A stretch of DNA of 32,240 bases from Thermoplasmatota archaeon (lineage in GTDB: Archaea; Thermoplasmatota; Penumbrarchaeia; Penumbrarchaeales; Penumbrarchaeaceae): NCBI GenBank assembly GCA_049472175.1, contig JBLIRF010000003.1, positions 1 to 32,240 on the forward strand. The letters run 5' to 3'. The notes beneath the pieces were generated by a model that ran no database searches, had not been told where the DNA came from, and saw only the letters and a list, made by a program, of their open reading frames with translations. Positions 25,457-32,240 of the stretch are shown in pieces. The translations under genes and the position numbers were made by a program. Each line of letters starts with the position of its first letter. The first letter of the stretch is position 1.

Positions 25457-27370
25457 TCATTCACCTCCCTTCTCTTTCCCGATGGGACCCATCGCCCCGA
25501 AGGGGCAGACCTGGGTGCATACACCGCATGACCAGCACAGGTCCGGATCGATGTAGTGTTCATCCCCGATCTTGTAGAATGCCGGACAGGCGAAGATCTT
25601 CGTGCAAGTATCACATCTGGTGCATTTGTCCTGGTATACCTGATATTTGGTCCTGACCACGTTCCTCTTCCTCAGCTCCCTCTCGAGCTTGAGGGCGCAG
25701 GGAGATCTCGTAATAACGACGGAAACCCCGTCATGGGCAAGGGCTTCCTCGAAGGCCTTCTGTGTCTCCTTCACGTTCAGAGGGTTGACCGTCCTCACGA
25801 ATTCGACCCCCACACCCCTGCAGAGCTTTTCGATGCTGATGGCGGGTGCTTCATCCCCCATTCCGTCCACCGGGAGTCCGGGATGGGGCTGGTGCCCGGT
25901 CATGGCGGTGGTGGCGTTGTCCATCACGTTCAACACGAACCTGTGCTTGTTGTGTACAGCGTTGACAAGAGGTGCTATCCCTGCATGGAAGAAGGTCGAA
26001 TCCCCGATGAACGCTATCACTGGCTCGTCCACGACCCGTGAGAGTCCGCCTGCCGATCCGCCGGAGCTTCCCATACAGATGAGAAGATCTCCCGTGGACT
26101 GAGGGGGCTGTATCCCGAGCGTATAACACCCGATATCGTTGGGATACACCGCCTTCCCCTTGGTCGCCCTCCTTACGGCAAGGAAGGTGGCTCTGTGGGG
26201 GCAGCCGGCACATAGAACGGGTGGACGGGGTGGCTCAGGAAGTGTTTCCCAATCTATGGTCTCCTTTTCTGGAAGGTCGATCTTCATACCTTCACCTTCC
26301 AGCGCTGACACTATCCCTCTTAGAACAATATCCGGGTTGTATTCCATCGGTCTCGGGAAATGACCGTCCCTCTTTCCCAGAACGGTTGTGGGAACATCCC
26401 TTTCCTTGAGAACGACCTTCACGTGTTCCTCGAGATACATCTCTCCTTCTTCCACGGTCAATATCATATCGCATTCGGAGGAGAACTCGGATATCATATC
26501 GTCTGGCAGAGGGCTCGTCATTCCGAGCTTGAGCACCCTTGCCTCTACACCTAGATCGATATTATCAAGCACCTCCATTACATAATTGTAAGATACACCG
26601 GAGGTGATGATGCCAAGCTTCAAGGCCCCGGCAGTGTTCATCTTCTTCGGGGCGATGACCCGGTTGAAAGGCGAAACCTCAGATTCCTTTTCCATCTCCG
26701 GAATTATCTCAAGAAGGGCGAGATGCCTCTTCCTTGCGTTGGCGGGTACGGTCACGAACCTGCTGAGGTCCTTTTCGAAATGGACCCTTCCGGAGGGCTT
26801 TCGTATCTTTCCAAGTTCGATGACGCCCCTGACATGGTTCAATCTCGTGGTGGTTCTGAAGAGGACGGGCATCTGGAACTTCTCCGACAGCTCGAAGGCG
26901 TAGTGTATCATCTGCCTTGCTTCCTCGGGAGATGACGGCTCCACCATGGGTACGCCGGACATCTTCGCATAGAAGCGGTTGTCCTGCTCGTTCTGCGATG
27001 AATGACAGCTCGGGTCGTCCGCGGAAAGCACGACATATCCGCCTCTTACTCCAGTATATGCAAGGGTCATGAAGGCGTCAGCGGCCACATTCAGACCAAC
27101 ATGTTTCATGAAGGAGAAGGCACGAACCCCGGCAACGGCTGCGGCCGCTGCGGTCTCGAACGCGACCTTCTCGTTCGTCGAGAACTCGAAGTAGATACCC
27201 GCCTCCTTTGCAACCCTATGCATTGTGTTTCCGATCTCCGATGATGGTGTACCGGGGTATGTGGCGGCAACGGTCACTCCCGCCTCGATGGCGGCGCGTG
27301 CTATTGCCTCGTTACCGAGGGCCAACACCTTCTTTCCAGGCTTATCTTCCATTATGGGGTGCATGTTCAC
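25457..27370 (-). CDS. iorA: Indolepyruvate:ferredoxin oxidoreductase alpha subunit
   Basis: LGNEAIAR, YPGTPSSEI, NEKVA, MKHVGLNVAAD, SSQNEQDNR, LCAGCPHR, DIGCYTLG, IGDSTFFHAG..DN..TAMTGHQPHP (TPP-binding), and C-terminal 2x[4Fe-4S] motifs CTRCDTC..CP / CWSCGVC..VCP. Confidence 0.96.
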   Translation of the reverse strand: MNMHPIMEDKPGKKVLALGNEAIARAAIEAGVTVAATYPGTPSSEIGNTMHRVAKEAGIYFEFSTNEKVAFETAAAAAVAGVRAFSFMKHVGLNVAADAFMTLAYTGVRGGYVVLSADDPSCHSSQNEQDNRFYAKMSGVPMVEPSSPEEARQMIHYAFELSEKFQMPVLFRTTTRLNHVRGVIELGKIRKPSGRVHFEKDLSRFVTVPANARKRHLALLEIIPEMEKESEVSPFNRVIAPKKMNTAGALKLGIITSGVSYNYVMEVLDNIDLGVEARVLKLGMTSPLPDDMISEFSSECDMILTVEEGEMYLEEHVKVVLKERDVPTTVLGKRDGHFPRPMEYNPDIVLRGIVSALEGEGMKIDLPEKETIDWETLPEPPRPPVLCAGCPHRATFLAVRRATKGKAVYPNDIGCYTLGIQPPQSTGDLLICMGSSGGSAGGLSRVVDEPVIAFIGDSTFFHAGIAPLVNAVHNKHRFVLNVMDNATTAMTGHQPHPGLPVDGMGDEAPAISIEKLCRGVGVEFVRTVNPLNVKETQKAFEEALAHDGVSVVITRSPCALKLERELRKRNVVRTKYQVYQDKCTRCDTCTKIFACPAFYKIGDEHYIDPDLCWSCGVCTQVCPFGAMGPIGKEKGGE

Positions 27371-27420
27371 ATCAACTCCCTGAGAGCGTGAGTCCTTTAC
27401 CCGTCATATTACTGGGGCCT

Positions 27421-28338
27421 TCACCTTTCGACACCCGCTGCCCTCTCCTTCGTGATCTTCTCGAGGAAAAGGAGATCCTCCCATTTCCGGTCAAGATCGA
27501 CCTCTATCTCATCAATAAGCGACTGGGGCATATGCTTGAACCTGCCCTGCTTCAGCAGATAATCCTTGAGAGGGGTCTTTTTGGGTTTCATATTGATCGT
27601 ATATTCACCGTTCTCTATCTCGTAAAGGGCGAATGCCCTTGAGGACAGCGCTTCCTTGCATATCTTCACCGTCTGTCCCGGGTCCATCTTCCACCCGGTC
27701 GGACAGGGGGAGTATATCTGGATGAACTTTACCCCTTTGATCGATAGGGCTTTTTTCACCTTTCGTATCAGGTCCTCCGGATAGGCGACCGCTGCGGTCG
27801 CAATGTATGGGATACCGTGGGCGGCCATGATACCAACCATGTTCTTCTTTGGTGATTTCTCCCAATCCCCGTGCGTTCCGACCGGTGTTGTCGTGGTCCA
27901 TGCCCCGACAGGTGTCGATCCGGACCTCTGGATGCCCGTGTTCATGTATGCTTCGTTGTCGTACATGATATAGAGTACATCGTCTCCCCTGTCGGCCGCC
28001 CCGGAAAGGGCCTGGATCCCGATGTCCGCGGTTCCACCGTCCCCCGCGAAACCGATCACATTGATGTCCGTCTTGCCGAGAGCATCAAGTGCGGCCTTGA
28101 TGCCGGAGATGGACGCTCCCGTGGTCTCGAATGCTGTATAGAGTTCGGGTATCTGGAGGCAGGTGTTGGGCCAGACTCCTGGCATGACAGCCCAGCAGCA
28201 TGCCGGAATGGAGATGATGGTCCTCCTTCCCGCAGCCTTGAGGACGTACCTCATCGCCATCGTGCCTCCGCATCCCAGGCATCCCATATGTCCGGGAGAC
28301 ATCAACTCGTCTTCTGGTATCGTGAGCTTGATCATCAT
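27421..28338 (-). CDS. vorB: 2-oxoacid:ferredoxin oxidoreductase beta subunit, 2-ketoisovalerate (VOR) type
   Basis: GH.GCLGCG, GDGG..DIG, YDNEAYMNTGIQRS, SPCPTGW. RYVLKA.G..TI..IPACC and TAFETTGA.ISGI resemble Pyrococcus VorB rather than PorB (from memory). ATG 28338 follows AGGAGGTGA. Confidence 0.85.
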   Translation of the reverse strand: MMIKLTIPEDELMSPGHMGCLGCGGTMAMRYVLKAAGRRTIISIPACCWAVMPGVWPNTCLQIPELYTAFETTGASISGIKAALDALGKTDINVIGFAGDGGTADIGIQALSGAADRGDDVLYIMYDNEAYMNTGIQRSGSTPVGAWTTTTPVGTHGDWEKSPKKNMVGIMAAHGIPYIATAAVAYPEDLIRKVKKALSIKGVKFIQIYSPCPTGWKMDPGQTVKICKEALSSRAFALYEIENGEYTINMKPKKTPLKDYLLKQGRFKHMPQSLIDEIEVDLDRKWEDLLFLEKITKERAAGVER

Positions 28339-28346
28339 ATCACCTC

Positions 28347-29549
28347 CTAAAGCTCCACCTCCGGAGTGTTCCCGTCGAGCAGACCCCACCAGTGGACCTC
28401 TCCCTCATGATCATATCCGCTCTTCTCCACGTTCATGAGGTCCCTGAATATCCCCTTTACGTGCTTAGTCCTCACATCCCTTCCACCGACCCCGATTATG
28501 TAGTTCTTGGTAACCGGTCTGTTCCCGTGATTGTATATCTGTCCGTTGGTCTCGTTGTAGAGGGGGCCGCCTCTCCCAAAGGTGAAGGTGCGGTCGAGGA
28601 CCCCGATCGCATGGGCCCGGTCAGCAAGATACCTGACCTCCTCGAACGGGAAAGGTCTGAATACCCTGAGCCTGGCGACCCCGACCTTGTAGCCCTCCTT
28701 CCTCATCTCGTCCACTGCGTCCTTCGCGGTGGACATCATGGTCCCTGCACCGAACAGAATGAACTCGGCATCCTCGCATCTGTACATATCCATCATTCCA
28801 CCGTACGAGCGCCCGGTCAGCTCTTTCCATTCCCTGTCAGCCTTTTTAATGACCTCCCTTGCCTTGTCCATGCTCCGTGCCATGTGTGCCCTGAACTCCA
28901 TGTACTGGGGCGGCATGATGAAGGAACCGAAGCCCTTGGGGTCGTCCACGTCGAGCTTGATAGGGGTCTTGAACGGTGGAAGGTATCCATCGACCATTTC
29001 CTGGTCAGGAATGTCCACGGGTTCATTTGTGTGTGACAGATAAAAAGCATCCTGGTTGATCATTGCCGGGAGCAGAATATCATTGTTCTCGGCAACCTTG
29101 TATGCCATTATCACGGTATCCAGGATCTCCTGGTTGTTCTCGCACCAGAACTGCATGACCCCGGTGTCCCTCTCTGCCATCGCATCCTGATGGTCGGCAT
29201 AGACGGACCAGGGCGGTGCCATGGCCCTGTTGACGTTGACAAGTACGCATGGGGTCCTCGCACCTGCAGCCCACATCAGCACCTCATGCATCAGGGCAAG
29301 TCCGTGAGCGGATGTCGCCGTGAATGCCCTTGCTCCGGTGTTCGAGGCTGCAATGGTGGCCGCCATGGCGGAGTGCTCGGATTCCACCTTCACGAACCTG
29401 GCGTCCCATCTTCCCTCCGATATGAGATCGGCTATCCTCTCGACTATTGTGGTCTGGGGTGTGATCGGGTAAGCTGCAACCACCTGAGCTCTGGCGAGCA
29501 TTGCACCGTAGGCTGTCGCTTTGTTGCCGGCCATAAGTTCCTTTACCAT
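28347..29549 (-). CDS. vorA: 2-oxoacid:ferredoxin oxidoreductase alpha subunit, VOR type
   Basis: AAYPITPQT, VESEHSAM, TATSA.GLALMHE, NRAMAPPWSV (VorA-like), RVFRPFP. RBS GAGGAGGTGA. Confidence 0.85.
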   Translation of the reverse strand: MVKELMAGNKATAYGAMLARAQVVAAYPITPQTTIVERIADLISEGRWDARFVKVESEHSAMAATIAASNTGARAFTATSAHGLALMHEVLMWAAGARTPCVLVNVNRAMAPPWSVYADHQDAMAERDTGVMQFWCENNQEILDTVIMAYKVAENNDILLPAMINQDAFYLSHTNEPVDIPDQEMVDGYLPPFKTPIKLDVDDPKGFGSFIMPPQYMEFRAHMARSMDKAREVIKKADREWKELTGRSYGGMMDMYRCEDAEFILFGAGTMMSTAKDAVDEMRKEGYKVGVARLRVFRPFPFEEVRYLADRAHAIGVLDRTFTFGRGGPLYNETNGQIYNHGNRPVTKNYIIGVGGRDVRTKHVKGIFRDLMNVEKSGYDHEGEVHWWGLLDGNTPEVEL

Positions 29550-29561
29550 ACTTTCACCTCC

Positions 29562-29831
29562 TCACTTGCTCTCAGGGACCATCTGTATGCATTTCACGGG
29601 GCATTCATTGGCACAGATGCCGCAGCCCTTGCAGTGGTCATAATCGAATTTGGGCCCGTTCTCAGTAATGATCACGGATACATCCGGGCAGTACTTCCAG
29701 CAGATCCAGCACTTTATGCACTTGGATCGATCGCAGACGGGTCTGAACGCCCTCCAGCCTCCGGTCTTGATAACCGAACTGTCCTGGACGTTCAATGGTG
29801 TTGGCGGTATTTCATCCAGTGTCTGCGGCAT
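29562..29831 (-). CDS. vorD: 2-oxoacid:ferredoxin oxidoreductase delta subunit (2x[4Fe-4S])
   Basis: KTGGWRAFRP, CIKCWICWKYCPD, DYDHCKGCGICANECP. Confidence 0.88.
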   Translation of the reverse strand: MPQTLDEIPPTPLNVQDSSVIKTGGWRAFRPVCDRSKCIKCWICWKYCPDVSVIITENGPKFDYDHCKGCGICANECPVKCIQMVPESK

Positions 29832-29832
29832 C

Positions 29833-30393
29833 TCATCTGCCTCCTGCCATTTTTACAGCCTCGTATGCTTCCTTGGCCGCCTTTGCATTCCTCTCGGCAT
29901 ACAGCGGCAGGGTCAGTATCGCCTGCTCGACGGACTCTATCGAGACAAGTCCGGATGCCTTGGCAAATGCCCCTACTATCCCGGTGTTGACGATGGGCTG
30001 GACCTTGCTCCCGAGCTTGTTTTCAAGGGCTATCTTTGTAGCATTCACGGTGGCCACATTGTCGAAGCCTATCTGCTTTGCGATCTTTTCAGGCTCCTCC
30101 CCCGTATTGACCAGGACCATCCCGGTCTCCTTGAGACCCTCGGTCACGTTCACTGCCTGGATCAGTGAAGCCTCAAGGACAACGACATAATCGGGGGTAT
30201 AGATCATGGACTTGTCCCTGATGTGTCCGTCATCGATCTTGGTGAAGGCGGTCACAGGAGCACCTCTTCTCTCGACCCCGAAGTAAGGGAAGGCCTGAAC
30301 GTCCTTCCCCTCTCGGAAAGCCGCATCTGCCAGGACCTGGGAAGCGACGACCGCTCCCTGTCCACCTCGTCCATGGAACCTTATCTGTATCAT
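29833..30393 (-). CDS. porG: 2-oxoacid:ferredoxin oxidoreductase gamma subunit (PorG/VorG)
   Basis: [31 protein letters not shown] 30393 follows GGAGGAG. Confidence 0.92.
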   Translation of the reverse strand: MIQIRFHGRGGQGAVVASQVLADAAFREGKDVQAFPYFGVERRGAPVTAFTKIDDGHIRDKSMIYTPDYVVVLEASLIQAVNVTEGLKETGMVLVNTGEEPEKIAKQIGFDNVATVNATKIALENKLGSKVQPIVNTGIVGAFAKASGLVSIESVEQAILTLPLYAERNAKAAKEAYEAVKMAGGR

Positions 30394-30537
30394 TCTACTC
30401 CTCCATTTCATCGAGTGTGAAAACCTTTCTGCAGGATGCACCCCGGAGATGCCAATACGCGTTCCCCGGCAATTCGGCAACAAAGGACCTACCCGGATAT
30501 CTTGAAGGTAGGGGCTTTTCTGTATGATGAGGGCACA

Positions 30538-30595
30538 TTTTAAGGTTATGGTCAGGTAAAAGGACCCATTATATATATATTCAAAGTTGATGGGT
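30538..30595 (-). promoter_or_regulatory. Promoter region of the vor-ior operon
   Basis: (TA)n tract at ~30570-30581 flanked by the inverted repeat ACCCAT (30564-30569) / ATGGGT (30590-30595). A second TATA-like CCTTAAAT lies at ~30545-30538. Confidence 0.45.
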
Positions 30596-30600
30596 TCTCT

Positions 30601-32199
30601 TCATTCCTTTTTCAGATCGAACTTGCTGATGCCCATCTCCCGCAGCCTGAACTTCTGAATCTTGCCCGATTGGGTCATCGGGAACTCATCGGTGAACCAT
30701 ACATATCTCGGAACCTTGAAGTTCGCAAGGTTCACCTTGCAGTAGTTTATGATATCGTCTGCGTTCGCTTTCTCTCCTTCGGTGAGCTTGATGACGGCCA
30801 TTCCCACCTCTCCGAACCTGGGATCGGGAACACCCACAACAGATACGTTCTCTACCGCTTTGAGCTTGAAGAGGAACTCCTCTATCTCTCTGGGGTATAC
30901 GTTGAAGCCACCGCATATGTACATGTCCTTCTTCCTGCCGACTATCCTGAAATACCCCCTCTCATCCATGATCGCAAGGTCCCCTGAATGGAGGAACCCC
31001 TCATGGTCGATGGCCTCTGCTGTCTCTGCAGGTTTCTTGAAGTAGCCTTTCATCACGTTGTAACCACGGACCACAAGTTCACCTGTCCTGCCGGGTGGAA
31101 GTACGTTGTTGTCATCGTCCACTATCCTGACCTCTTGCTCGGGGAGGGCTTTTCCGACCGTCTCCACCCTGTCCTTGATGTTGTCGGTCAAGCTGGTCAT
31201 GGTGATGACGGGGGAAGACTCCGTCAGACCATATGCGATCACTATATTGGCTCCCATATTCTCGGTGGCACCCTTCATCACCTCCACAGGACACGGTGCT
31301 CCGGCCATGACCCCTGTCCGTACGCTCCCGAGGTCGTAACTCCTCTTCTTCATGGCCTCAAGGTAGCCGATGAACATCGTCGGGACGCCATGCACAATCG
31401 AGATCCCGAACATCTCCATGTACATCAGACCCTGCTCTGCGTCGAAAGATGGCATCGGTACGATACCGCTCGATGCAGATACGCACGCAGATATTCCAAT
31501 AACGCACCCGAAGCAGTGAAAGAAGGGGACCGCTATCAGCGTGACGTCGTCGACATTCTGTTCCATCACATGGGCTATCTGCTCCGCATTCTTCGATATG
31601 TTGAGATTTGTAAGCATGGCACCTTTCGGTTCTCCCGTTGTACCTGAGGTGTACAGAATGAAGACCGCATCGTCCTCATCGATGTCCTTTTCGATATTCT
31701 CAAGCACCCCGCTCTCCCGGTGATCGGCCCCCAGCTCCATCAGGCTTTCATAGGAGTCCATCCCGTCAGTCATCCGCACTCCAAGGACCACGATCCTCCT
31801 CAACGCTGGTGTCCTGCCCCGGAGATCGTCAAGGATCTCGATATAGTCTATCTTGAGGAAATCGGAGGTCATGACCAGACAGGTTGCCTCGGAGTTGTTC
31901 ATTATGTAGTCCACTTCCTTGGCCTTGTATCTGGTGTTCATCGGGACTACGACTCCCCCCATTCTGGCGATCCCGAAGAACGCTACGATCCATTCGGGAT
32001 AGTTCGGCATGTAAAGAGCTATCCGGTCACCTTTACGTATACCCATCTTCAGCAGTCCGTTGGCGAACCTTGATGCCATATCGTCGAGCTTTTTATAGGT
32101 TATTGCCCGGTCCTCGTAGAAGATCGCGATCCTTTCAGGGTTTTCTTCCGTGGCTTTTCTCAGAAGTCCACTGAGGGTGTATCTTCGGTTCATCGTCAT
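30601..32199 (-). CDS. AMP-forming acyl-CoA synthetase (ANL superfamily, fatty acyl-CoA ligase-like)
   Basis: ILYTSGTTGEPKG (P-loop), VPFFHCFG, AYGLTESSP, GFLHSGDL, GRKKDM..GGFNVYPREIE, SGKIQK (catalytic Lys). Confidence 0.93.
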   Translation of the reverse strand: MTMNRRYTLSGLLRKATEENPERIAIFYEDRAITYKKLDDMASRFANGLLKMGIRKGDRIALYMPNYPEWIVAFFGIARMGGVVVPMNTRYKAKEVDYIMNNSEATCLVMTSDFLKIDYIEILDDLRGRTPALRRIVVLGVRMTDGMDSYESLMELGADHRESGVLENIEKDIDEDDAVFILYTSGTTGEPKGAMLTNLNISKNAEQIAHVMEQNVDDVTLIAVPFFHCFGCVIGISACVSASSGIVPMPSFDAEQGLMYMEMFGISIVHGVPTMFIGYLEAMKKRSYDLGSVRTGVMAGAPCPVEVMKGATENMGANIVIAYGLTESSPVITMTSLTDNIKDRVETVGKALPEQEVRIVDDDNNVLPPGRTGELVVRGYNVMKGYFKKPAETAEAIDHEGFLHSGDLAIMDERGYFRIVGRKKDMYICGGFNVYPREIEEFLFKLKAVENVSVVGVPDPRFGEVGMAVIKLTEGEKANADDIINYCKVNLANFKVPRYVWFTDEFPMTQSGKIQKFRLREMGISKFDLKKE

Positions 32200-32240
32200 G
32201 GTCCAACCTCAATTGATCGGTCCGATCTAGGGAACGATGG

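Noticed and set aside
1975-28349. TAG stops (1977, 11157, 24841, 28347) as pyrrolysine read-through
   Set aside because: Each falls at the natural C-terminus of its protein family or right after a TM anchor, and no pyl genes are in the window.
27421-30393. Calling the four-subunit oxidoreductase pyruvate-specific POR
   Set aside because: IPACC/TAFETTGA (beta) and NRAMAPPWSV (alpha) look more like Thermococcales VOR. Specificity still needs phylogeny or assay.
30420-30450. GGGGTGC-atcct-GCAGAAAGG resembling the 5' half of a TPP riboswitch upstream of TPP-dependent enzymes
   Set aside because: It lacks the conserved CUGAGA and the downstream ACCUGA...AAU...GCGNAGG half.

Overview
This window is archaeal chromosomal DNA. 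Evidence: an archaeal RFC small subunit, TATA-box promoters, GGAGGTGA-type RBSs and Thermococcales-like VOR/IOR; a Thermoplasmatota-like host is my inference only. The left half (1-18.5 kb) holds five secreted or membrane-anchored proteins, three of them large (Fn3, SBBP beta-propeller and tandem ~100-aa 'DNDPP' Ig-like modules). It also carries hypE, an overlapping rpiB-rfcS pair, a wHTH regulator divergent from a membrane protein-PrsW protease-surface protein operon, an ABC-F ATPase divergent from a GNAT, and a structured intergenic region between convergent genes. The right half (18.5-32.2 kb) is one minus-strand metabolic block: AMP-forming acyl-CoA ligase, four-subunit 2-ketoisovalerate-type oxidoreductase (gamma-delta-alpha-beta), iorAB, a single 2-hydroxyacyl-CoA-dehydratase-family subunit with its ATP-dependent activase, and a ~1450-aa all-in-one double-activase Fe-S protein. 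The best candidates for undescribed systems are (i) this amino-acid/ATP-driven electron-transfer cluster, (ii) a possible archaeal PrsW-based regulated-proteolysis or sorting module, (iii) an archaeal ABC-F with an unusual C-terminal domain, and (iv) a candidate small RNA at ~16630-16760. I saw no tRNA, rRNA, CRISPR array or transposase. All family assignments come from motif recognition, not database searches.
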